Shown here in pieces: positions 1 to 13,272 of a stretch of DNA of 64,000 nt. Both the position numbers and the translations under genes were made by a program. Under the pieces are notes generated by a model that saw nothing but the letters and a program-made list of their open reading frames with translations, was not told where the DNA came from and did not search any database. Source of the stretch: the human T2T-CHM13v2.0 reference genome, Homo sapiens; NCBI RefSeq assembly GCF_009914755.1, contig NC_060937.1; one strand, written 5' to 3'. The number at the start of each line of letters is the position of its first letter. Position 1 is the first letter of the stretch.

Positions 1-75
1 GGGCTAAATTTGTTCTTGTTTATCTAGTTTCTTGATGTACAAATTTAGGTTGTTTATTTGGGAGCTTTCTTATTT
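1..75 (-). mobile_element. L1 ORF2 fragment (antisense), continues left of window
   Basis: Reverse complement reads ...ctcccaaataaacaacctaa...caagaaactagataaacaagaacaaa, typical L1 ORF2 sequence just 3' of the endonuclease domain. Confidence 0.75.
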
Positions 76-97
76 AAGACTCACTTTCTTCTTTTTT

Positions 98-838
98 GAG
101 ATTCACTTGACCTGTAAAGACAAACACAGACTTAAAGTGAAGGAATGAAAAAGGGTAGTTCATGCAAATGAATACCGAAAGAGAGCAGGGTAGCTATATT
201 CATTTTCGATAAAATAGACCTTACATTAAAAACTGTAAAATGAGTCAAAGAAAGACATTTTATAATGAAAAAAAGGAGTCCATTGATCAAGAGACTATAA
301 TAATTTTAAATATATATGCACCCAATACCAAAGCACCTAAATATGTAAAGCAAATATTAATAAATCTAAAAGGAGAGAAAGATGGAAATATAATTATATT
401 ACAGGACTTCAGTACTTCACTTTCAGCAATGTAAAGATCATCCAGACAAAAAATTAATAAAGAAACATTTAGACCAAGTGAACCTAACAGACATGTATAC
501 AACATTCTATCCAACAAGAAACAGAATACACATTCTTTTAAAGTGCCCAAGGAACATTCTCCAGGATAGATGATATGTTAGACCACAAAACCAGTTTTAA
601 TAAATTTAGGAACATTGAAATCATATCAGTTATCTCACCAAAATGATATGAAACTATATAACAGGAGGAATTTTAGAAAATTCACACATATATGGAAATT
701 AAACATGCTCCTGAACAGCTAAGGGGCTAATGGAGAAAGTGAAAGAGAAATTTAAAAACATCTTGAAATAAACCAAAATGGAGACAGGGCATACTGCAAC
801 CGGGGATGCAGCGAAACAGTCCTAAGAGGAAAGTTTAG
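98..838 (+). mobile_element. L1 ORF2 endonuclease-domain fragment (decayed)
   Basis: ORF 240-434 contains IIILNIYAPNTKAPKYVKQILINLKGE, the L1 EN motif; upstream HRLKVK and downstream DDMLDHK-like codons; many stops/frameshifts. Confidence 0.9.
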
Positions 839-992
839 AATCTCGATTGAGATCTATGGGCCTGATTGCCAATGTTGTGGGAATTTTGCAGGAGAAAAGA
901 ACTAGGTCACACTGTTTTTCATGAGATTATTACTTAATCCTTTTTGCCTTCAGGTGTGCTTAAAGTGCCAAAATTTAGAAATTGTCAAATTC

Positions 993-1322
993 GGCCGGGT
1001 GCGGTGGCTCACGCCTGTAATCCTAACACTTTGGGAGGCCGAGGCAGCCGGATTGCCTGAGCTCAGGAGTTTGAGACCAGCCTGGGCAACATGGTGAAAC
1101 CCCGTCTCTACTAAAATACAAAAAATTAGCCTGCAGTGGCAGCGTGTGCTTGTAGTCTCAGCTACTTGGGAGGCTGAGGCAGGAAGAATTGCTTGAACCC
1201 GGGAGGCGGAGGTTGCAGTGAACCAAGATCGCGTCACTGCACTCCAGCCTGGGCGCCAGAGCGAGACTCCGACTCCAAAAAATAAATAAATAAATAAATA
1301 AAAATAAAAATAAATAAATAAA
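993..1322 (+). mobile_element. Full-length Alu (AluS-like)
   Basis: ggccgggtgcggtggctcacgcctgtaatcc...; (AAAT)n tail; TSD agaaattgtc(a/g)aattc at 977-992 and 1323-1338. Confidence 0.97.
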
Positions 1323-2169
1323 AGAAATTGTCGAATTCAACATCTTCAAACATAAATCCAACCTTCTGCAGGGGAAAGGGAACAGAAGATTTTGGATTAC
1401 TGTGATGGCAGGTAAAGCTTATGGCTGTCTATCTTTTGGTATTGTAGAGTATCATTTATTTATCCTATTTTGGGCTCTAAAATTGAAGAACGCTTGGTCA
1501 GAGAACAGGCTCAGCTGTCATCAGACCCAAGCCAAATATGGATTCTACGAGCCTGGAACTGATTGCTCCCAGCATCCCCTGCCAGACCAGCTGCCCCAGC
1601 CCTTCGATTTGCTTCTGGGACCCCAGCTTTCCTAAGCCCAGAAATTTTTTCTCTGAGAAAAATGAAAAGTTTGAACTTAATAAAAGTTTGAAAATTGAGC
1701 TTCTTTCAGTTTTAACACTGTCAAAGACTCATGAATGATGCCTCAGAGAGGCTACCAAGTTATTCAGTGGAAGTTTTCCTCCCTGTTATGTGGGATGACT
1801 TGTTGAAATACCACCACCAAAACAAAAACAAAAACAAAAAAACATAAACACAGAGATTTGTCTTAAAATAAAACATTTATTCTGGCCAAAAGAAATCCTG
1901 AGGTCCTGAGACATTAGGGAATTCTGCCATTATTAATTGTTTTGATTCTGAATGGCTACTTGCAATGCCAATACTTAGGCTCCAACTTCCTGCTCAACTA
2001 AATCAGATGCCATTTACTAATCTTTTTTCCATATTTCCTGCTTAATATTCCTTTGAACTGTTATTCCTTCCCCAGTTTGTTTCATCTTTGTGGGTTTAGA
2101 TATTATTATTAATCTAGTATAATTTTACAAAGGTATACAACAGAGTTTACTTTTGCTTTTAGTCAGAAT

Positions 2170-3800
2170 GAATGAATAGCTACCTGACTTTTCCCCACTG
2201 GAAATACCAAAATAACAGATAAAATACTAAAACAATTGTTTAGAAGACATTGGTCATAAATCAATGGACAGTGACCTCTGAGAGAGGTAAAACAAGAAAG
2301 CGGAGCCCTGCGATTGCCCCAGCTTATTGCCTTGAGAGAGTTTCGAAGCTGGAGTAAAGGGAGGAAGGAGAAAGATAAGTTTTGTCATCAGACTCGGAGC
2401 TGAGAAATCCCTGGAGACGAAGGTTGCTAAAGTAATGAAGACAGAGTACCGAGAGGAAAGAGTTGCACAGAGAGAGAGAACTCTAGAGATCTGGCAAGAA
2501 GTCCTTTCCAGTATTCACCCGAGCATAGGTCAAACTCACACACAACAAAAAAACTACCTAAAGTTGAGAAAAGAACCACCTCAAAAGATTAGAGGAAACA
2601 GTGCTTGACATTCACAAAGAGCTAAAGAAAGAACCTGTCGGCACCCTCTAGATTGGGAAAAATAAGTTTATGACCCATTGAGCAGGGTACACAAAATGGT
2701 CTTAATCTCAGTGTGATATAAAAGTTGGCCCTAGACTGAGCACTGTGATGAGTACTGCTATATTGTGGTTTTAGTAAATCCTAAAAACAAGACCTGAAGG
2801 AATCAAACTATTTCCAAGTAACTTAACTACATACAATGAAAAAGTTCGAGAGTTATACAATAATATCAAAATATTGAGGATGTGACAAGCTAAAATTCCT
2901 AATATATATCTGTCAATACATTGTTATCAGGCATGGAATGAGGCAGGAATATATGATCTATAATGAGGAGAAAAGCCTTTCAAAACTGACCTAGAACTGA
3001 CATAGATGTTAGAATTAGCAGATTGACATTAAACTGTATGTTTCATATGTTCAAAAATTCAAATACATATAATATTCTTTAAAGAGAGAGCACACAGATC
3101 AAACTTAGAGATTTAAAACTATAATACTCAAGAGGAAAATAACATTAGAATAAATGGCAGATTAAACATTGCAGAGTAGTTAAAGACATAGCAATATCCA
3201 CAATGAAACAGAGAGATAATTTTACAAAATGAATAGAGAGTCAGTAACTGTGGGATGACTTCAAAGGCTTTGAAATTTGTGCAGTTGGAGACTCCAAAGA
3301 AGAGTAGAAAGGAACAGAAAAAATTTGAAAAAGTAATGCCTACAAGTGCTTCAAATTTGATGAAAACTAGAAAGCCACAGATTCAGGAATCTCAAGTAAC
3401 CTCAAAAAGAAGAAACATAAAGAAAACTTTACCATGGCACATCATAATCAAATTGTTCAAAATCAGTGATAAAGAAAACATCTGAAAACCCAGAAGAGGA
3501 AAATCTATGTTATAAACAGAGGAACAAAATAAAGATGTCAGCAAATTTTTCACTCACAACAATATAAGTGGAAAGACAGAGAAGTAGCAAGTGTAGAGTA
3601 TTGAAGACAAAACAAAACAGTCAACATGGAATTCTATACCTGGGGAAAATTTTTTTTAAATGAAGGCACAAAAAAGGATGAAATGATTTTACTACACAAC
3701 AGGAAATAAAGGAAGTTTTTTTTCACAGAAGTAAAATGATACCAAACGAAAATATGAATCTATACGAAAATTAAAAACACATAAAGTGCTAACTCAATGG
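2170..3800 (+). mobile_element. Old L1 (L1M-type) 5'UTR and ORF1 remnant
   Basis: ORF 3255-3485 (...NLMKTRKPQIQESQVTSKRRNIKKTLPWHIIIKLFKISDKENI) resembles L1 ORF1p; upstream sequence resembles L1M 5' regions. Confidence 0.75.
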
Positions 3801-3839
3801 TTTAATTCATGTCACTTATATCTCAAAACTGTGTTTAAA

Positions 3840-4680
3840 ATTGCAATGAGATGCTATTTAATTTATTATAATGAATAACATTTTAAAAAATCAGACAATA
3901 TTAAAAAAAAGTCAAGTACAGTGGCATACTTCTGTAGTCCCAGCTGCTCAGGAAGGCCAAGATATCAAGGCTGTAGTGCATTTCCATTGTACATGTGAAT
4001 AGCCACTGCACTCTATCCTGGGCAACATAGGGAGATCTCCGTGGCTAAAAATAAAAATAAATCAGACAATATCTAGTTCTGGAGAAGATTTGGAGCAATC
4101 AGAACCCTCATACACTGCTGGTTGGAATACTCGCTAGTTTAGCCACTTTGGAAAACAGTTTGGCAAATTCTTATAAAGCTAAACATATACCTGCTATATA
4201 TTCCAGCAAAAAAGTATGGAAATGAAGGTAATGTAAATTTATATTAACCCAAAACCTTATACACAAATGTTTTAATAGCTTTATTTTAATCATCAAAAGC
4301 TAGATAAAACCCAAATGTTCAACTAGTGAATGGATGAATTGGATTACTACCCAGCAGTAAAAGGAAAAAATACTGATATGTATACTAACATGGATAAATT
4401 ACGAATGCATTCAGCAAAATGAAAGAGGCCAAGCTAAGAAGTTTACATATTTCATGCTTCTATTTTTTGCACTATCTTGGAAGAGGAAACACTATAATAG
4501 AAAACAGATCAATGGTTAGGAGAAAATGACTCAAAGGTTCATGTTTGACAGTGATGGAACTGTTCTGTATCTTGATTGTAGTGATGGCTACATAACTGTA
4601 TGTATTTTTCAAAACTCATAAACTCTAATTCAAATTATACTGTGTGTATATTTTAAGTGTAAATTAAACATGCAATTTAA
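3840..4680 (+). mobile_element. Old L1 (L1ME/MC-like) ORF2 end and 3'UTR
   Basis: gaagatttggagcaatcagaaccctcatacactgctggttggaa...ccactttggaaaacagtttggca; gtgatggaactgttctgtatcttgattgt. Confidence 0.85.
3911..4058 (+). mobile_element. Free Alu monomer (FAM-like) inserted in the L1
   Basis: tgtagtcccagct...tgtgaatagccactgcactctatcctgggcaacatag; flanking repeat aaatcagacaatat at ~3888 and 4059. Confidence 0.8.
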
Positions 4681-6149
4681 AATATTTTTAACCAGAAATA
4701 AACATTGTGTGGTCCCGTCAAACAATTGACCTCATCTTTGTTATCATATGGAAAAGCCCTATGGTAACTATGTATAAAGTACAATGGAATTAAATATAAA
4801 CTAGGCAGCAAGATAGACTAAGAAACTGTAAATTGTACACAGTTGGAGCAATCAGATGTGAAATGTCAAAAATCTGAATACACTGAATAATCATTTTAAT
4901 AGAGAGGAAAGGGAAAAATCTAAGCAACAACTTCTTTAAAAAGTTATTTTGTATCTAGTAGAAATAAAGTGAGAAACACAATAAATAGCATACCTAAGTT
5001 CAAAGTTTGCACCACTTTCATTCCCCCCTCACCACTACCACACACACAAAAAATAGGAAAAAAGGCACAGGTGAAAAACGGATGAGTTATTTAACACCAA
5101 CTAATACCTCTAAGATAAAATAGAAAGAAAACCTACTTTTCTTGCATAGTGTATATCACAAAAGTGTGATATAATTTCTTTCCCAGTACCCAGAAACTAT
5201 ATTACTTTCTCATATCCTAGGAAATTACTAGGCAAGGTAGCCTGAATTACCCAAACAATTTTCACATAGATACAAGGAGAAAGATTGTTAAGCCCAATTT
5301 ATTGCCAAGGGTGGAACGGGCTACTTCAAGAGAGGCATGTGATGAAAACTTAGCTTGGATTCAGAAGAATGAACAAAGAAGTGGGTAAATGTTTGTTTTT
5401 TTCTTTTTCTTCATTGGTTTTGTATAAATGTGACAGCCATTGTAGTAGAGAATTAATGAAGGACTGTGTTTCTGGTCCATACAAGAAGATTAATATTAAG
5501 AAAGTCATTAAATACCACCCAAAATATGAAAATTTAATTTATTTTAATTTCCTTCAATTTTATATTGTTTCATTAGGAAAGGAACCTCATAATAACCACA
5601 CAAAGGTGAGGAGTCATGATATTTGTTATTGAATAACTGCTCCAAAGAGCAAAAGATTTTATACTCATTTTCTTGCTTTCCCCATAGTTCTATCAAAGAA
5701 TGTCCACGGAAAGTTATCATAACCTGAAAAGCTGATAGCTTTACCAAGTGATTATTATTTACTTTGCTTTTCTGATGACTTTTGATTTGTCAGGTAATTG
5801 TTTTAGTATATGATTATTATATCTTTACATCTTTAAAGCCTAACCATCTGCAAATTTCAAATGTGTGAATGAAGACTGTGTAAGTTACAGCACAGGAGGA
5901 ATGAACCAATTCAGAGTGGAAAATTGAACTCCCTCATCTCATATAAAGTGGGTGCAGAAAAAAAGTAGTGACAACATTTTGTTTAGCCACAGACTGTCAA
6001 TGTTGGCACTTTTATTGTTGTAAGGAGGTCTCCATACAACAGAGTAGGTTAATGAAGATCAGAATGAATTCCAAAAAAAAAATTATGGAAAAATTATATA
6101 TCTATATCTACCTATCTCAGATTAGGGAAGTACTTTGAAATTGTACCCT

Positions 6150-6255
6150 TTGCTGACAGATGGAAAAACTAAGTCCCGTTACAATGAACGGATTTGCTCA
6201 AGAACAGATAGCTTATCTGTAGAAAACTCAGCTCAAGCCACTTCCATAGAAACAT
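6150..6255 (-). mobile_element. MIR fragment
   Basis: acagatggaaaaactaag...gatttgctcaag resembles the antisense MIR core. Confidence 0.5.
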
Positions 6256-6299
6256 ATTGTCTTCTAAATCAGATAGTTTACCTTGGTATGTCTTACATG

Positions 6300-6522
6300 G
6301 TATTTAGAAGAATGGACCTTGGAGTCTGACTGCCTGGTTTTGAATTCCAACTTGACCACTTATGAGCTCTTGAGACCTTTACCTTATTGTCTCAATGTTC
6401 TTGTCTATAAAATGGGGATGACATTTAATCCTCTCTCATGAGTTTATTGGGGGGACCAAATGAGTTAATAACATCTGTAAAGCACTTTGCACAGGACTTG
6501 ACATACAGTAAGTGTTCAATAT
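6300..6522 (+). mobile_element. MIR
   Basis: ggagtctgactgcctggttttgaattcc...tctataaaatggggatg...tgtaaagcactttgcacagg...agtaagtgttcaat. Confidence 0.85.
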
Positions 6523-9099
6523 ATTTTAACAATTTTATGACATTAATTCCTGCAAAAACAAACTGCAGACAAGCATGTGTTCTAACATTTGTTGTCTGAG
6601 GCTGAGTCATGATTACAACTTCATCCAAGATACATCATCATGTAACCTGTATAAAAGTGAATTTACTCCCTTCCTTAGTAAAACACAGAGATATAGGCAA
6701 GTAAGTTGTTTTCACACTGTAATAAGGAGGAGTTGTCATTTCTATATACTTTTTATTTTGATAGGAGAAATGATATTGATTGTGTAAAAAAAAGTGCCAG
6801 CTATTCGATCCACAAATTTTATTTTTTAAATTTTTTTTTTCATTTTGGTCATTCTTGGAAGCATTTACAAAGTTCATTTCCCTATTGCTTCTTTTTGTTG
6901 TTGTTTTGTAGACAGTAAATGGGCCAGACTAAAGTTTCCAATGGCAACGTTTGCTCCTTTATCACACAACCAGGAACTTAGGACTAGCAGTGAAGCTCTA
7001 TAAGCTGACTAATAGAGGGGAGAAGAGAAATCGAAAGGGTTAGAATGGTAGCATTCTGCCTTCATTTCACACTATGATTCTAAAGGAAGAATAGAACCAC
7101 AAGAATCTCCCCTTAAACTTAGGGGTCAAACAGTTATGCCAATCACATCTGTTGTGTTCTGCAAAGCCAGGTTTTGTCTGTGTTCACAAGTGTAGATTTC
7201 CTTTATGCTAATCAGCTCATAGGCTCTAGCTGGCTGATTTTCTTTTCCTGACAATTACATTGTGATCAGTGGCATCTGTGTTACAGAGAACTGAAACTAG
7301 TATATGCCAAATATTAGGAAACTTATGTTATTATTTTTACTGAATATAAGCTCCTTAATGCAATTAATGACATGTTATTGTTGTCGGTGTGATTGCTGTT
7401 GTTCTGGACAGCTCAATTACAAAACGATTAGAAGGTGCTTCAGGTGGGAAGTAATAATGTGATAATCAGGCTGTCACAAAGTTAGCTACTGCTGCTGGAC
7501 ATTGTAGAGTCTTCCATTGTCCTTCTAAATGATATGCATCATTTAAAGAGGGTTCAGAATTCAGTAGAACAAATTAGATAATACACACAATCCAGAAAAA
7601 TCAACAAAAAAATGTTATGTAGTTCAGTGGGTAAGCAAGCCATGGTACTGCTAGGAAAATTGATTCTCAAAGCCAAAAGAGATCTTGTTGAAAAGGCCTG
7701 CAAGGAATATATAAATGTGGAGACTTCGTGTAACCTAATAGTCCTACAAAGAAAGCTGGATGGTAGTAAATTTTGTGCTTTGTTTTCCTGAAGAATGGTG
7801 ATATGTGCAATTAAAATCACGCTTTGCCTCTGATATTAAATGACTAGCAGCAGAAGAATTAGTTACTGAAATTATTTTTGGAGAGAGTTTTTGAAAAATT
7901 AATTTTAAGTTTCTCATTTAGGTTAACTTTCCTTTTTGTTATTTTTTTATTCTAGCAGGAAAAAAGTTGATCCTGACAGTTTAAAAAATGTAGTGATATT
8001 CTAATGATTTTATCTAGACAGAACTGAGGATTCTACTTTTAATAAACAGAATATGAATTTCTTATGAAGTTTTATGATCTTCCTCTATATTTTGACAATA
8101 AAAAGTAAACAGTTTGTTTTAAATAGTGAATTACTAATTTCTCATGAATCTCTGGGGAATAATTTTTCTGCTGTCCTGTCGTCAATTCTCCTCCATTTTA
8201 AAATTGAGTTTCAATTGTCTAAGAGTTTCATATAGCTGAAAATTTCTGCCTTTGTTAGGAAAAGACATTGTCATTGGCAGGCAGAAATGCAGCTTCAGTA
8301 GGGTCCATGCTCACAAGAGAAGCCCAGATGAATGTGAGTTGTCTTCACTGGGGTCAGCACAACATGTGCTTTCTCATGTAATCATGCATCTGATTCCCTT
8401 GGCCTTGAGGATCATAGTAAATACAGTTGGAAAAAGAGTGGGTGGAATAATTTGACATTGGTTTTATTTGCACTGAATCCATTAGGGATTGTAAAATATT
8501 TGGCACTTTAAAATATATAATCAATAAGCTATATTGATTTTAAAAGATAATTTATATATAAGAAAAAAGTATATCAACACAAATCTACATTTTTTGGTCA
8601 AACTCTTTCAGTCCAAATTTTCCAGAAATATATACATATAAAAATACCCAGTATCAGATCTGTAGTGAAAAGTTTAGGACACTGAAATATAAACACTCAG
8701 CACTTCGTAGATTTGACAGTTGAGTTTGTGGAAGGCAAATAGCAGAAATCTATTTGGATATGCAGATGTGTAAGTATGGAGAAAAATGACTTTTTTTTTT
8801 TTTTTTGCAAAATATCACCAATAAACTGGGAATAATTGTTCTGTGTAATATTGTTGTATGTGAATCACAGCTCTCTGACCATAATAGTACAGAAAGTCTG
8901 AACCAGAGTTTGTCAGATTGAGCGTCTATAAATCCTGGATCCCACAAATATATCCTCAGAGGTTTGTGAACTTTTAGTAATTTTAGAAATACTTTGATAT
9001 TTTATGATATCAAAACATATGGTAAAAACTGCTAAGATGAATAACAATTTAGGATAAAAGTTGTTAAGGATATTAGTTAACATTTATTGGGAACTGAAT

Positions 9100-9520
<421 letters not shown>

Positions 9521-10289
9521 ATGTATGTATCTGGTTATTTGGAAAGTGTAATAAAGTCAGAACATTACAAAAAAATATTGTATATGTGTCCTTGGTTATT
9601 TAGTTCAAACACCTCATAATATTGCATTGAAATTTTAATATCCAAGTTTGCATTTTGGTTTGCATTAACATTGATGCCAAAACCTTCTACTTGAATTGGC
9701 TCATTAGTGGGAAAGCACTGAGAAAGATTTAATATATGATGTTTAGGTAAACTATGCTCTTGTGCCAGATAAATGCCACATAACTTTAAAATATTCTGTA
9801 GAGTATTTCACAGTAGTTTAGAAATGGCAAAGTAGTGAAAATTTTACATCACAACTAGACAGTAGTATAGGCATGTCAAATATAAGAGCCTGACTAGAAC
9901 AGTCATGACTATATTCATTCTGTAAGCTGTAATTTAGTTTCAGCAAAACATCGTCAACCATAATATAGTATTAATTGAGTTTATTCTTGGGTTTATTTCA
10001 TTTAATGTATAAGTTTGTTTGATTCATGTGTTTATAAGTAAAATATATTTATGCTGCCTTTTATATTTATATATGTTTAAGTAATTGTATATTTAAAATA
10101 TTGTAAGACAACAATGGGATCTGATTGAATTGCTTCTGCTTTAAAATTCAGGTATGTGAAGCATGGATCGAAAATGCCCCATTTAATATTAATATTTTCT
10201 AATAATCATACATTTAACATCATTCCCCGATTGTTTCATGTATACTAAAAATTAAAAGTAGCCAGGTATAATGAGAAGATTTAAAAAGA

Positions 10290-10520
10290 ATGATTGTAGA
10301 GTAGGAAACATTGGATTTTTATCACTCAATTGTCCACCTTCTACCTGTGTGACCTAAGGAAAGTTACCTAAACTTTATGGCTTTATTTCCTCATTTTCAT
10401 TACAGGTCCATAATACTTACCTCACAAAGTTGTTTATGATAAAGATTCAATTACAAGATAATGCATGCGATGATGTAACATGCCTTAAGACAATGCCTCA
10501 CTAAAGGCTCATAATACATA
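10290..10520 (+). mobile_element. MIR
   Basis: ctacctgtgtgacctaaggaaagttacctaaacttt...ttcctcattttc...aatacttacctcacaaagttgtt. Confidence 0.75.
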
Positions 10521-10743
10521 TTTTTCCCATCAATTCCCTTCTTCTTTTCTTATTTTGATATTCATCCTCTGGGGAGCATAAACAACAGCTTTCATTCTGC
10601 TTTACTCACAAAATCTAGTGCAGAATAATTCTCATCAGTAGTGATAACCACACTCCCCACCAAGGATTCAAATATACTCTGTGTGTTGTCTTGAAGGGTT
10701 CACATCAATCCAAGGATGTCAGTCACATCCTGGAAAGCCATTG

Positions 10744-10780
10744 GTATATTAGTCAAAGTTGTCCAGAGAAGTAGATCCAA

Positions 10781-10823
<43 letters not shown>

Positions 10824-11271
10824 CCTATATCCTATTGGTCACATAAACATGGAAAGAGTGAGATACAGTGAGAGAGATTGACAAGTTCTGAGATCTGCAG
10901 TCGGCAAGCTGGAGACTCAGGAGAGCCAGTGGTGGTGTTTAGTGCAAATGCTGGTAGGTTCAAATTCAGAAAAAAAACCCATGTTTTTGTTCAAGTCAAA
11001 AGGAAATAAACAATGTCCAAGCTTAAAGGAGTCAGATAGGAAGAGTTCCCTCTTGCATGAAAGAGAGTCAACCTTTCTGTCCTGTTCAGGCCTTCAACTG
11101 ACTACATGAGGTCCACTCACATTAAGAAGGGCAATATAATTCACTCAGTCTATTAATTTAAATGTTAAACTCATCTATAAACACTCTCACAGACACATCC
11201 AGAATAATGTTTGACCAAATATCTGGGCACACCATAGCCTCATTAAGCTTACACATAAAATTAACCATCAT
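10744..11271 (-). mobile_element. MLT2-family ERVL LTR
   Basis: Termini tattagtcaaagttgtccagagaa and acacataaaattaaccatca are reverse complements of MLT2 ends; internal ttcaggccttcaactgac...cccac. Confidence 0.88.
10783..10820. repeat. (TG)n microsatellite
   Basis: About 19 uninterrupted TG units. Confidence 0.97.
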
Positions 11272-11657
11272 GATGAGCCATCAGCCTTGAGATTTTAAAA
11301 ATGTTGCCAGCCTTCCACTCAAGTCATCTGGCTCAATTCAGAAAGACAAGCATCTCTCCACTCATCAGAAACCTAAGTTTGCGTTAAACCATGACCGTGA
11401 CACTTCTCAATAGTATACCAAGAGGCCTGGGAGCCTCCATTAAACAGTCAAGTGTCAAGGTGAATTCTTTTACAATCTGGTAGCCAGCTAGGTCTCCCAC
11501 ATTTAATATCCTGTTAATCCTACTTTTGGTTACAAATATAAGATTCTCTTACATTCTGTTTGTTCCTTCCCTTCCCCTCTTTTCTCTTTCTTACCCTGTC
11601 CCTTCCCTTGCCCTTATTTCTACCTTCTCTATCAACTTTCTACTATCTCCACTATGA

Positions 11658-12680
<1,023 letters not shown>

Positions 12681-12709
12681 TTCAATGTTTGCTAATGTCC
12701 AGATATCTT

Positions 12710-13060
12710 TTATAAATAGGGATGAAAGTGATTTTTCTTTACTGACATTATAACCAGAAATTTTACTGGACTCATTATCAACTTATAATTTGTAGATTTT
12801 CTTTTTTCTTCCTTGAAGAAAATGACATGATTAAATGATAATGATTATTGTTTTCCCTCTTTTATTCTTTATATGCACTAATGAAGACCTCCAATATAAT
12901 ACCTCCAAAGGCATAATAAATATCTTTGCATATTTACTGACTTTAAGAGGAAGTGTTAACATCTCCCTTTGATATGATGTTTATTAAGGTTTATTAGAGA
13001 TGTGTGATAGATTTTCTTTATTAAGTTAAGCAAACTCTTAACTTCTTAGCTAGCTAATAG
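12710..13060 (-). mobile_element. Old L1 ORF2 fragment
   Basis: gcactaatgaagacctccaatata...ctgactttaagaggaag...tatgatgtttatt resembles antisense L1 RT region. Confidence 0.55.
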
Positions 13061-13272
13061 ATTTGAGTCTACTCCCTCTGAGTTATTTCTAAATGCTTGT
13101 TCCAGGGATTCAACATAAATATCCTTCTATCACAATCCAATTTCAAATAATGCTGTACTAATTCACATATAATATATGATCTTTAAAACAGTATAAGTCC
13201 TGTTTCTCTTCACGGTTTACTGATTTTAAGTTTGCTAATGCACCTACGGTGCAGCTGCTCTACCTATCTCAA

